A stretch of DNA of 64,000 bases from Syntrophomonadales bacterium (lineage in GTDB: Bacteria > Bacillota > Syntrophomonadia > Syntrophomonadales > DTU052), in assembly GCA_050951725.1 (NCBI GenBank), contig JBMNJO010000001.1, positions 924,967 through 988,966 on the forward strand, read 5' to 3'. Below the pieces are notes generated by a model. It saw only the letters and a list, made by a program, of their open reading frames with translations. It did no database searches and had not been told where the DNA came from. A program made the translations under genes and the position numbers. Positions 1 to 9,115 of this stretch are shown here, one piece after another; position 1 is the stretch's first letter; every line of letters begins with the position of its first letter.

Positions 1-744
1 CAGTTGAACCAGGGCTCCGTTGCTGTCTCCAAACACCAGGTGGTCAACCTGGGCCAGGGCCTGCAGCACCTTTTCCCAGTTTGTTATCCGATTCCTCTCC
101 GCCAGCAGTTCCTCATCCTCACCCTCCACCAGGGCCGCCGCTTCAATCTCGCAGATCTGGTAATCGATAAACTCCATATCCTGGATCCGCTGTCCCATGG
201 TGGCCTGCAGTTCCTCAATGCGGTTGACGGTCGACTTCCATTCGTGGTAGATGTCAGCCAAACGGGGTGCTATTTCTCTGATGTCAGGGGAGAGACAGTC
301 CAGGAACTGTCGGTGAAATCGGGGGTTTAAGACCTGCTGGTTGGCGTTCTGCAGGTGGATGTCAACCAGGTATTCGGCCAGGTTTTTCAGCATGGCCGCA
401 GTGACGGTGCGCCCGTTCACCCGGTTGATGGTTCGCCCCTGAGGGGTAATCTCGCGGCGTATTATCAGGATATCATCATCATCCTCCCACAGGCCTTCCT
501 CCTGCAGGAACTGACACAACGGGGAATCTATCGCTACCTCGAAGACTCCTTCAACCAGGCATTTACTGCTATGGTCCCGGATTACACCTGAATTGATACG
601 CTCACCCACCAGGAGTTCCAGGCAGTCAACAACAATCGATTTGCCGGTGCCGGTCTCCCCGGTCAGGACGTTCAGTCCTTCCCTGAATTGCAACCGCAGC
701 TCATCGATCAGGATCATATTCTTTATGTACAGTTCTCGAAGCAC
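1..744 (-). CDS. recN: DNA repair protein RecN, N-terminal part (gene continues past the left edge)
   Basis: Not in the ORF track because it runs off the window. The reverse-complement translation from GTG at 744 reads MLRELYIKNMILIDELRLQFREGLNVLTGETGTGKSIVVDCLELLVGERI, with Walker A GETGTGKS. It sits downstream of argR, as in Bacillus and Clostridia. Confidence 0.85.
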   Translation of the reverse strand, partial: MLRELYIKNMILIDELRLQFREGLNVLTGETGTGKSIVVDCLELLVGERINSGVIRDHSSKCLVEGVFEVAIDSPLCQFLQEEGLWEDDDDILIIRREITPQGRTINRVNGRTVTAAMLKNLAEYLVDIHLQNANQQVLNPRFHRQFLDCLSPDIREIAPRLADIYHEWKSTVNRIEELQATMGQRIQDMEFIDYQICEIEAAALVEGEDEELLAERNRITNWEKVLQALAQVDHLVFGDSNGALVQL

Positions 745-903
745 AAAAACCAGCTCTTTTACTCTAAGACTTCATTAACCGTGCATTAACAGCAGCAACA
801 AATGAGGCACCCGTTTGTGTGACGCCTTGCCATAGAAAAGGAGTCTTTTCACGGCGTCCGGGCACCGGGAAACTGGTCACGTCAGGCCGGATTCCCAGAT
901 GTT

Positions 904-1353
904 CTACTGCAGTAATGAGCGGAACCGTATCAGTATATCCGGAACCGCTTCCTTGGGTTTAATCACTACAATAATTGTATCATCACCGGCTACGGTTCCC
1001 ACTATCTCCGGTATGCCAGAAGTATCAATATTTGAGGCAACCAGGTGAGCAGAACCTGGTATGGTCTTGAATACCAACAGGTTTTCACTGTCGGTCACCT
1101 CCAGTACCGTGTCAAGAAACACACGCCGCATCCTCTCCATAGAGGACCTGGGAGCCGGGGCATCCGGAAGGGCGTAGTGGTAGCCATCAGGGGTTGATAC
1201 CTTGACCAGTTTCAATTCCTTAATATCACGTGATACCGTTGCCTGGGTCACCAGATAACCCTGGTCCGAAAGGGCCTCACACAGTTCCTCCTGCGTGGAT
1301 ATCTTCTGGTTAGTCACAATGTCACGTATAGCCATATGCCGTCGCGCCTTCAC
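904..1353 (-). CDS. argR: arginine repressor ArgR/AhrC
   Basis: 149 aa. N-terminal winged helix (IRDIVTNQKISTQEELCEALSDQGYLVTQATVSRDIKEL) and C-terminal oligomerisation region (GTVAGDDTIIVV). Confidence 0.9.
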   Translation of the reverse strand: MKARRHMAIRDIVTNQKISTQEELCEALSDQGYLVTQATVSRDIKELKLVKVSTPDGYHYALPDAPAPRSSMERMRRVFLDTVLEVTDSENLLVFKTIPGSAHLVASNIDTSGIPEIVGTVAGDDTIIVVIKPKEAVPDILIRFRSLLQ

Positions 1354-1922
1354 CTTTTACCCCCTTCCAATCTTTGCACCACCACCAACAGCGGGGGGTG
1401 ATGGATCTGATTGATGAATTTCACCTTTAAGACCTCAAAATCCTGCTGATCAAGTTTCCCGGTAAGTGTCACTACTTCCTGGGTTTCCTCCGCCCCTCCC
1501 TCGTGACCGGGATAACAGACGATAGTCATAACCCCTCCCGGTCGGAGGAGATGGACCGCCTTTTCTATGGCCTCCCGGGAACACTCAGCAGTGGTAGCCG
1601 TTTCCCGGGGAGCACCCGGGAGAAACCCCAGGTTGAACATGATGGCTCCTACCGTTGAACTCACGTAAGAGGCCAGGTTGCGAAAGTCTTCCTCATATAG
1701 CTGAACCCGGGCTGACAACCCATGCTTCTCCAGCCGGGCGCGGGTATTGGCGATGGCCCGGGGTGATATATCAAAAGCCAGGACCTGCCCGCCGCTCACG
1801 AGTCCGGCGAGGAACAACGTGTCATGACCATTGCCGCAGGTGGCATCGATCACCGTGTCACTTGGTTTAACCACCCTCTGAATACAGAGGTGGGACAGAT
1901 TAACGGCATTGCGAAAACTCAT
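1350..1922 (-). CDS. class I SAM-dependent methyltransferase (YtqB-like)
   Basis: 190 aa with SAM-binding motif VIDATCGNGHDTLFLA. Start and stop overlap the neighbouring genes by 4 nt. Confidence 0.7.
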   Translation of the reverse strand: MSFRNAVNLSHLCIQRVVKPSDTVIDATCGNGHDTLFLAGLVSGGQVLAFDISPRAIANTRARLEKHGLSARVQLYEEDFRNLASYVSSTVGAIMFNLGFLPGAPRETATTAECSREAIEKAVHLLRPGGVMTIVCYPGHEGGAEETQEVVTLTGKLDQQDFEVLKVKFINQIHHPPLLVVVQRLEGGKR

Positions 1923-2713
1923 AGCTGCAGTTTTTTGCTCAAGACCTCAAGAATACTGTGGTCCTTGAGCTTCACCAGACTGAGCTGGTAGGGAGACCGC
2001 TTTACCTCCACCTCATCTCCGGGCGATACGGTGAGGGTATCCTGCCCATCCACGGTAAGCACTACCTTTTCAGTCTCCGGAATAATGGTTAAGGTGTGAC
2101 TGGCATTCATCACCAGGGGCTTTAAAGCAGGCACGTAAGGACAGACTGGCGTAAGAACCATTACCTGGGCATCGGGCATCATCACCGGTCCGCCAGCCGA
2201 CAGTGAGTAGGCAGTGGAACCCGTTGGGGTGGCACAGATAATGCCATCAGCAACATACCCGGCTACTGGTTTCCCGTCCATCAATACCTGCAGGCGTATC
2301 ATACGGGCAATTCCCTGCCGTAATACAGTGGCTTCATTGAGGGCCTCGCTCTGAAAAATGATGTCATCTCCTCGGCGGGCGGTTATCCGCAACATCATGC
2401 GGTCCTCGAGACGGTAATCCCGGTTGATTATGCGCTGTAAATACTGGTTTAACTCATGGACCTCCAACTCCGCCAGAAAGCCAACTCGGCCCAGGTTTAT
2501 AGTTAAAAGAGGGATCCCCAGGTGACCACACCTGCGGGCGGTCCCCAGGATCGTACCATCCCCCCCGAATACCACCAGAAGGTCAGGGGCGTTGTCCCCT
2601 TCATGCCAGTCGGGGATTACCGTAAGGCCCTGGGATTCCATGGTAAGAGCTACCTCATGGGCCACCCTGCGGGTTGCATCCCGACGGGAGTTTGAGACCA
2701 AACCAACAATCAT
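1919..2713 (-). CDS. nadK: NAD+ kinase
   Basis: 264 aa with the GGDGT motif (VVFGGDGTILG) and typical length. Confidence 0.9.
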   Translation of the reverse strand: MIVGLVSNSRRDATRRVAHEVALTMESQGLTVIPDWHEGDNAPDLLVVFGGDGTILGTARRCGHLGIPLLTINLGRVGFLAELEVHELNQYLQRIINRDYRLEDRMMLRITARRGDDIIFQSEALNEATVLRQGIARMIRLQVLMDGKPVAGYVADGIICATPTGSTAYSLSAGGPVMMPDAQVMVLTPVCPYVPALKPLVMNASHTLTIIPETEKVVLTVDGQDTLTVSPGDEVEVKRSPYQLSLVKLKDHSILEVLSKKLQL

Positions 2714-2783
2714 TTCAAATCTCCTAGTTTATACTATTTGTTCGAAAGCTGTATCTGATTCCACTGCCAGTCATATTTCGCTA

Positions 2784-2976
2784 GTTTGCATGGATAAGTA
2801 TTGGTCGCCAGATTTCGCATAGGCTTCCCTCTGGTTGTCTCACAACCTTAGAGGTATGGTGAATTTGCGTTCATCCTCTCACCCCGGCTATGCGGCTCAA
2901 CACATTTCGTCGTTCACCTTCACAGGGTGTTGCTCCCGTGATCCGTAAAGGCTGCTCAATACTTATGCATTCAAAC
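2784..2976 (+). repeat. structured intergenic repeat, copy E1 (strand tentative)
   Basis: 193 nt in the tlyA-nadK spacer. It is bounded by 20-nt inverted termini, GTTTGCATGGATAAGTATTG (2784-2803) and CAATACTTATGCATTCAAAC (2957-2976). It shares internal blocks with the copies at 23585, 45733, 59571 and 63289. Confidence 0.6.
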
Positions 2977-2981
2977 TACCG

Positions 2982-3806
2982 TCATCCCTGATTTGGTACC
3001 GGCTTATCGAGTTGGTGGTGTGCATCCGCCACCACCCGGGAAAGCATGGCATAATCAACGGTTTCTGTCAGTCCCTTCTTCAGATGGAAGAAGAACTCAA
3101 TGTTCCCATTGGGACCTTTGATGGGCGAATAGCAGGCGTTCACCAGGGCCAGTCCGCATTCCGATGCCTGCCGTGCCACTCGGTGCAAAACCTCTTCGTG
3201 AACTTCTGAACTCTTGACCACACCTTTTTTGCCCACTTGCTCACGTCCGGCCTCAAACTGGGGTTTGACCAGGGCCACCACCTCACCGTCATCGGTCAGC
3301 AGTCCGGCTGCCACCGGGAGAACCAGGCCCAAGGAGATAAAGGCTACATCAATGGTAATGAGGTCCATCTTCTCGGAGAAATCCTCCGGGGTCACGTACC
3401 TTATATTGGTGCGTTCGATCGTAGTAACCCGGGGGTCCTGGCGCAGGCTCCAGTCGAGCTGACCATACCCCACATCGACCGCATAGACCTTACGGGCGTC
3501 GTGCTGCAGGGCACAATCGGTGAACCCTCCGGTGGAAGCACCCACATCCATTACCACCTTATTCGCAAAATCCAGGTCCATTGCCTGGATGGCTCCCAGG
3601 AGTTTCAGCCCCCCGCGGCTGACAAAGTTCGGTCCATCATTGCCCAACACCCGGAGTTCGGAACCCTCGGGTATCTTCTGCCCCGGCTTTTCCACCCTCT
3701 GCCCATCCGCAAAGACCAGACCGGCCAGAATCAGGGCCCGCGCCTTTTCGCGGCTCGGGGCGAAACCCTCCACGTGCAATCTGATGTCAGCCCGTTCACC
3801 CGACAC
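2982..3806 (-). CDS. tlyA: TlyA-family rRNA 2'-O-methyltransferase (hemolysin A-like)
   Basis: 274 aa with an S4-like N-terminus, FVSRGGLKL, and an FtsJ-like SAM motif DVGASTGGFTDC. Confidence 0.85.
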   Translation of the reverse strand: MSGERADIRLHVEGFAPSREKARALILAGLVFADGQRVEKPGQKIPEGSELRVLGNDGPNFVSRGGLKLLGAIQAMDLDFANKVVMDVGASTGGFTDCALQHDARKVYAVDVGYGQLDWSLRQDPRVTTIERTNIRYVTPEDFSEKMDLITIDVAFISLGLVLPVAAGLLTDDGEVVALVKPQFEAGREQVGKKGVVKSSEVHEEVLHRVARQASECGLALVNACYSPIKGPNGNIEFFFHLKKGLTETVDYAMLSRVVADAHHQLDKPVPNQG

Positions 3807-5696
3807 TCATATCCCCCTGACAGCTCTTAATCTTTTTAACTCCGGCCAGCGGTTAACCACCGATTCCACCACTGCGGAGGGCTCAAGACCCACATCCTGC
3901 AGGAGGCGGGTAACCGCCCCATGCTCCACAAACGAGTCGGGAATCCCCATATGCAGGAATTCCACCTCCACTCCTTTCGCATTCAAGGCCTCCGACACCC
4001 CGCTGCCAAAGCCTCCCATCAATACATTCTCCTCCAGGGTAATCACACGCCGGCAATGACTGGCCCAGAAACTGATCATACTCTCATCCAGAGGCTTAAC
4101 GAACCGGGCATTGATTACCGCAGCTGATATCCCCAGATCCCGCAGGTAGTTCGCAGCTTCCCGGGCTATGCTTACGGTTCGGCCAATAGCTATAAGCAGG
4201 ACGTGGTCACCCTCCTGCAGCAACTCAGCCTCACCCGGGCCAATGAAGTCAGGCGTTTCCTTGATATCTATCCCTATCCCGCTGCCCCGGGGATAACGAA
4301 CGGCTACCGGCTGATTGTAATGCAGGGCCGAATCCAGCATATCGTTCAATTCATCCTCGTTGGCCGGGGCCATAACGATCATGTTCGGTATCTGCCGCAG
4401 GTAGGAGAGGTCAAACACTCCGTGATGGGTAGGACCGTCCTCACCCACCAGTCCCGCCCGGTCAATCGCAAAGACTACCGGCAGGTTCTGCAGGCAGACA
4501 TCATGGATAACCTGGTCAAAGGCCCGCTGCAGAAAGGTGGAGTATATCGCCACCACCGGTCTCACACCGCCCCGGGCCAATCCCGCTGCCATGGTAACCG
4601 CATGCTCTTCACAGATACCAACATCATAAAACCGTTTCGGGAATTTATGCGCAAACAGGTCAAGCCCGGTACCGCTGGTCATGGCAGCAGTTATCCCGAC
4701 CAGTCGCGGATCAGTTTCCGCTTTCCTGACCATGAACTCACCAAACACCTGGGTATAAGTTTTGGCCCCAGATTTCAGGGTTTTTCCGGTCGCCACGTCA
4801 AACGGGCCGATGCCGTGGAATACATCCGGGTTCAGCACCGCGGGAGGATAACCTTTTCCCTTTTCGGTTATCACATGGATAAGTACCGGCCCCTTTATAT
4901 GCCGCGCCTTCTGAAACATCACTATCATATCTTCAATATTGTGGCCATCAATCGGCCCTAAATACGTGAACCCCAGTTCCTCAAACACTATCCCGGGCAC
5001 GATCAGGTATTTCACCATATCCTTTATCTTGCCCGCAGCCTTCACCAGATTGGCACCAATCCCCGGAATTCTCAAGAGGGCCTGTTCCACCTCTTCTTTT
5101 CTCCGGGTATATGCCGGGTCCATACGGAGTTTGGCGAGATAACCGGATAGTGCTCCCACATTAGGGGATATCGACATGGCATTATCATTGAGGACCACAG
5201 TAAGATCAAGACCGAGGTGACCGGCATGGTTCATGGCCTCGAAGGCCATGCCTCCCGTCAACGCCCCGTCACCGATAACCGCCACCACCGAATGATGGTC
5301 ATCTCCTAAATCACGGGCCAGGGCCAGTCCGACGGCCGCCGAGATCGAGGTGCTGCTGTGACCGGTATTGAATGAATCATAAGGACTCTCATCCACCCGC
5401 GGAAATCCGGAAAGGCCACGATGCTGGCGCAGGCTGGCCATGCGATTAATCCTTCCGGTGAGCATCTTATGTACGTAGCTCTGGTGGCCCACATCCCATA
5501 TAATCTTGTCCTGCGGCAAGTCGTAAACGTAGTGCAGTGCCAGGGTAAGCTCCACCACGCCCAGGTTGGCTGCCAGGTGACCGCCGGTCCGGGCTACCGT
5601 GTTAACCAGGAGTTCCCTGACCTCCTGAGATAAAACCCTCAGCCGGGCTGGAGGAAGTTTTTTTAAATCCGACGGGTTATTGATATTCTCTAGAAT
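3807..5696 (-). CDS. dxs: 1-deoxy-D-xylulose-5-phosphate synthase
   Basis: The track ORF starts at an internal Met (5558). The upstream in-frame sequence ILENINNPSDLKKLPPARLRVLSQEVRELLVNTVARTGGHLAANLG is the conserved Dxs N-terminus. There is no ATG, GTG or TTG between the upstream stop (5703-5705) and this conserved sequence. ATT at 5696-5694 follows AAGGTGA by 6 nt. Confidence 0.9.
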   Translation of the reverse strand: MLENINNPSDLKKLPPARLRVLSQEVRELLVNTVARTGGHLAANLGVVELTLALHYVYDLPQDKIIWDVGHQSYVHKMLTGRINRMASLRQHRGLSGFPRVDESPYDSFNTGHSSTSISAAVGLALARDLGDDHHSVVAVIGDGALTGGMAFEAMNHAGHLGLDLTVVLNDNAMSISPNVGALSGYLAKLRMDPAYTRRKEEVEQALLRIPGIGANLVKAAGKIKDMVKYLIVPGIVFEELGFTYLGPIDGHNIEDMIVMFQKARHIKGPVLIHVITEKGKGYPPAVLNPDVFHGIGPFDVATGKTLKSGAKTYTQVFGEFMVRKAETDPRLVGITAAMTSGTGLDLFAHKFPKRFYDVGICEEHAVTMAAGLARGGVRPVVAIYSTFLQRAFDQVIHDVCLQNLPVVFAIDRAGLVGEDGPTHHGVFDLSYLRQIPNMIVMAPANEDELNDMLDSALHYNQPVAVRYPRGSGIGIDIKETPDFIGPGEAELLQEGDHVLLIAIGRTVSIAREAANYLRDLGISAAVINARFVKPLDESMISFWASHCRRVITLEENVLMGGFGSGVSEALNAKGVEVEFLHMGIPDSFVEHGAVTRLLQDVGLEPSAVVESVVNRWPELKRLRAVRGI

Positions 5697-5702
5697 GGCT
5701 AT

Positions 5703-6284
5703 TCACCTTCTTCCCTTAAAAAGCTCCATCCCGGTGAGGTTCTCCCACCATCTCAGGACTTCAGCCACTTTAAGGATGATCGAGTTGGCATTATTGATGG
5801 CAATACTCTTGCCTATGGTTTTTCCTCCTACCGTCACCGCCGCAATCAGACTGGTCATCGCTGCTCCCAGGAGTACAGTATCCACAACGGTAAACATGGA
5901 ATACCGGGCATAAAACGTATAAACTATAGAAGCGCCGATGGCTCCACTGAGGGTTCCGGCAATATCCCCCACCACATCGGCAGTTAAATTGGCTACCAGG
6001 TCCGCATTGCGGACAATCCTGACCGCCTGGCTGGCTCCGCGAATCTTCTTGGCAGCCATAGCGTTAAAAGGAACAACATCAGCCGCAGTAGCCGCAGTAC
6101 CGATGGCGTCGGAAACGATACCCGCCACCACCACCAGTCCCAGGGACAAAAAAGAAACAAAAAGATCCTGGACCGCATTGATGATCGACTCCAGGCCGAG
6201 GCTGATGATCAAGCCGGACATAAAGGTAAAAAACGTGATCCACAGGGCTGGTATAAATATGTTGCCTTCGGTGACCCTGGCCAA
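5703..6284 (-). CDS. oapA: OLE-associated membrane protein OapA
   Basis: 193 aa, multi-pass membrane protein with a TTG start, located immediately downstream of the OLE-like RNA and upstream of dxs. It contains a D-x-x-x-D motif (LTADVVGDIAG). Confidence 0.75.
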   Translation of the reverse strand: MARVTEGNIFIPALWITFFTFMSGLIISLGLESIINAVQDLFVSFLSLGLVVVAGIVSDAIGTAATAADVVPFNAMAAKKIRGASQAVRIVRNADLVANLTADVVGDIAGTLSGAIGASIVYTFYARYSMFTVVDTVLLGAAMTSLIAAVTVGGKTIGKSIAINNANSIILKVAEVLRWWENLTGMELFKGRR

Positions 6285-6299
6285 AAATACACTCCCTGA

Positions 6300-6890
6300 A
6301 TAAGTAGAATAAAGCGGAGGTTACCCCCTGAGTAAACGCTGTGACTTAGGTCCAGCAGGTTTTCCCGTTGAACATCCTGCTTGTCGCCAAGCAGGCGGTT
6401 TCCCTTTACGCTCAACCCGTGTTGTCGCCGTACACGAGGCTGGATTACCACTTAGTGCACACTTTAATCCCCAGAGGGTCGTGCCTGGCACACAGTCTAG
6501 GGGATTTCCCCGACAACCTCTACCAATTCTTAGCCTCTTTTGCAGCAGGGGTTTCAGAAGAGGGAAAACGGAACCGTGGCCATCGGTCTCCGTACCTCTA
6601 TAACTCATCCGCCCATACCACTCAAGGCAGGCTACACTGCACCCAGCTTCCTACCAGATGCAGGTTTTCCCGAAGGATTGCTCCTTCGAGCCTCCACGGG
6701 TGGGGGGTCAGTTCCCGCATGCCGTTGCAGGCTGCCCCGGCACCCTTAACTCCCAGCACCAACCCCCAACTGGGCGTTGAAAGCTGACACCAGAATCTTC
6801 ATCGATGTGCCCTATAACGGATTTTTAGGCCCGTCTTCAGAATTGGTGAGATTGACTAGAATACTGCAACCTCCACCCATAATTCTAATT
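6300..6890 (-). ncRNA. ole: OLE (ornate, large, extremophilic) RNA; ends approximate to about 40 nt
   Basis: About 590 nt with only short, mutually overlapping ORFs on both strands. The segment is GC-rich with dense local complementarity. It lies between a promoter and oapA, followed by dxs-tlyA-nadK-argR-recN, which is the known ole synteny. Confidence 0.75.
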
Positions 6891-6931
6891 CATCATTATA
6901 GCATAAACTCATTTCGCTTACATGAAGCCCT

Positions 6932-6960
6932 ATTGTACATCGCCCTGGTTCTGCAGTCAA
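6932..6960 (-). promoter_or_regulatory. candidate sigma-A promoter for OLE/oapA
   Basis: Minus-strand TTGACT (6960-6955), a 17-nt spacer, then TACAAT (6937-6932). A second extended -10, TGcTATAAT, lies at 6903-6895. Confidence 0.45.
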
Positions 6961-6974
6961 AGGAAATGTCTCCT

Positions 6975-7006
6975 AATTTTAAAAGGGCTCTTCTTAGAGC
7001 CCTTTG
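6975..7006 (-). terminator. intrinsic terminator after the EF-G paralog
   Basis: Minus-strand AAAGGGCTCTAAGAAGAGCCCTTTTAAAATT, 6 nt after the stop at 7012. Confidence 0.7.
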
Positions 7007-7011
7007 GTTGT

Positions 7012-9039
7012 TTATTCCTTTTCCCGCTTGGCTTTTTCGATTATTTCCTCCGCCACTTTGGGAGGTGCCTCCTCGTAGTGGTCAAACTCCATCTTGAATC
7101 GGCCACGTCCCTGGGTAATAGATTTCAGGTCAATACTGTAACGGAGCATCTCCTTCAGTGGAACCTGGGCTTTGATTACCTGGTTTTTACCGTGCGGTTC
7201 CATTCCCATGACCCGTCCCCGCTTGCTGTTCAAGTCGCCGATGATATCTCCCATGAACTGTTCAGGCACCTCAACCTCAACATTGCATATCGGTTCCAGC
7301 AAAGCAGGCCGGGCCTGTTCCATGCCCTTACGGAAGGCCAGAATGGCTGCCAGTTTAAAAGCCATTTCTGACGAGTCGACCGAGTGATAGGAACCATCGT
7401 AAAGGATAGCTTTGATATTGGTCACCGGATACCCGGCCAATACCCCTTCAACCATGGCTTCCCGCAGGCCTTTCTCAACAGCCGGGACATACTGCTTGGG
7501 TACTGAACCTCCAAAGAGCTCCTCACCGAAGACAAACTCCTCTTCAGCCGGTTCCATCCGCAGCCACACATGTCCGTACTGCCCGTGTCCTCCGGATTGT
7601 TTCTTGTGTTTGCCTTCTACCTGGACCTGTCCGCGGATGGTCTCCCGGTAGGGTATACGCATCTCGATGGTATTGACGTCTACCCCGAACTTGCGGTTAA
7701 GACGCTCGATAATAATATCGGTGTGGCTCTCGCCCATGGTATGGAGAATGGTCTGTTTGGTCTCGACATTCTTCTCCAACCTGATGGTCGGGTCCTCTTC
7801 CATCAATCTCTGCAGGGCATTGCCCAGTTTATCCTCGTCACCCTTGGCCTTGGGCTCAATAGCAGTACCCAGAGTGGGCTGAGGAAACTCGATGCTCGGC
7901 AGCTCCTGGGGATTATTCTTGACGGTCAGGATATCGCCGGTAGTAGTTACCGAAAGCTTGGCCACGGCAACGATATCACCGTTTTTGGCCTCTGGTACCG
8001 GATGCTGTTCCTTGCCGCGCATGACCAGAATTTGCCCCAGCTTTTCATCTTTTTCCTTGGAAGCGTTATAAACTACGGAATCAGCCTTGATGTTGCCCTG
8101 GACCACTTTGAAGAAGTTCAAGCGCCCAATATAGGGGTCAGCTATGGTTTTGAAGACCAGGGCTGCCAGGGGCTCCTGGGACAGATCTTTATCAGCATTC
8201 GCTGCTGGTGATGCCATACAGTCGACAATAAAGTCCATTACCGGCAGTACTCCAATGTTATTCAGGGCTGAACCACAGAATACGAAGACTACCGCACCTT
8301 TGGATGCGGCTTCCGCAATCCCGACCCTGATTTCTTCCTGAGTCAGTTCCTCTCCCTCCAGGTATTTGTCCAGGAGGTCGTCGTCGCCTTCAGCAGCTGC
8401 TTCGATCAGCTGTTCTTTATAGTTTTCAACCTCATCCAACATGTCAGCAGGAATCTCTTCCTCCCGGTACTTGCCGCTGCCCGGTTCAAAGATGAGGGCT
8501 TTATTCTTCAGCAGGTCAACAACTCCCTTGAAGCCGGCTTCTGCACCGATGGGGAGTTGCAGCGGTACGATGGTACCCGAGAATTTACTCTTAAGATCGT
8601 CCAACACCTTGTAGAAGTTGGCGTTTTCACGGTCCATCCGGTTGATAAAGGCAATCTTCGGTATATCCTGTGCCTCTTCCCAGAACATTTCCGTTTGCAC
8701 CTCAACCCCCGCCGTGGCCGAGACTACTACTAGGGCGCTGTCCGCCACCTTTACTGCCGATCTGACCTCTCCTAAAAAGTCGGCAAAGCCCGGAGTGTCC
8801 AGAATGTTAATCTTGTGGTCCCGGTACTCACATGGTACCAGACTGGTGCTGGTACTGATCTTGCGTTTAATCTCTTCTGGAAAAAAGTCGGATACCGTGT
8901 TGCCGTCATCTACCTTGCCCAGCCTGCTGGTAGCACCAGTGTTGTAAAGCATGGCTTCAGTCAAGGTGGTCTTCCCTGAACCTCCGTGGGCTATGAATGC
9001 TATATTTCTTATTTGTGGGGTTGGGTATACCTTCATCAA
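7012..9039 (-). CDS. elongation factor G family GTPase (EF-G paralog)
   Basis: 675 aa with G1 motif AHGGSGKTTL and DTPG. Domain IV/V-like C-terminus with EF-G length and layout. Confidence 0.85.
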   Translation of the reverse strand: MMKVYPTPQIRNIAFIAHGGSGKTTLTEAMLYNTGATSRLGKVDDGNTVSDFFPEEIKRKISTSTSLVPCEYRDHKINILDTPGFADFLGEVRSAVKVADSALVVVSATAGVEVQTEMFWEEAQDIPKIAFINRMDRENANFYKVLDDLKSKFSGTIVPLQLPIGAEAGFKGVVDLLKNKALIFEPGSGKYREEEIPADMLDEVENYKEQLIEAAAEGDDDLLDKYLEGEELTQEEIRVGIAEAASKGAVVFVFCGSALNNIGVLPVMDFIVDCMASPAANADKDLSQEPLAALVFKTIADPYIGRLNFFKVVQGNIKADSVVYNASKEKDEKLGQILVMRGKEQHPVPEAKNGDIVAVAKLSVTTTGDILTVKNNPQELPSIEFPQPTLGTAIEPKAKGDEDKLGNALQRLMEEDPTIRLEKNVETKQTILHTMGESHTDIIIERLNRKFGVDVNTIEMRIPYRETIRGQVQVEGKHKKQSGGHGQYGHVWLRMEPAEEEFVFGEELFGGSVPKQYVPAVEKGLREAMVEGVLAGYPVTNIKAILYDGSYHSVDSSEMAFKLAAILAFRKGMEQARPALLEPICNVEVEVPEQFMGDIIGDLNSKRGRVMGMEPHGKNQVIKAQVPLKEMLRYSIDLKSITQGRGRFKMEFDHYEEAPPKVAEEIIEKAKREKE

Positions 9040-9115
9040 GTTCCCTCCTTGTTTGTATTCAAGACAGATTTACTTAGTCCACTTCCACAGCAAATCCTCT
9101 TAATTATACCTGATT

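Noticed and set aside
2784-2976. GTTTG...CAAAC termini of the E copies, considered as integron attC sites or TA-duplicating MITE ends
   Set aside because: attC sites read RYYYAAC...GTTRRRY, which is the opposite order. They are shorter and accompany an integrase and cassettes; none is here. Flanking dinucleotides are not consistent (cta/ta, gga, tac), so no uniform TA duplication exists.
3237-4961. Long plus-strand ORFs (for example 3237-3830, 3520-4059, 4203-4961). Similar antisense ORFs lie at 13225-14079, 30954-31520, 44539-45273 and 62218-62790.
   Set aside because: Each lies antisense to a gene with unmistakable conserved motifs (tlyA, dxs, ABC permease, DinG, ahcY, corA). The translations are compositionally skewed and motif-free. 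This is typical of shadow ORFs in GC-balanced DNA.
6209-6787. Track ORFs of 80-139 aa on both strands (6209-6451, 6321-6608, 6368-6787, 6540-6749)
   Set aside because: They overlap one another in several frames and have Arg/Pro/Gly-rich low-complexity translations with no RBS. They lie inside the region best explained as OLE RNA.
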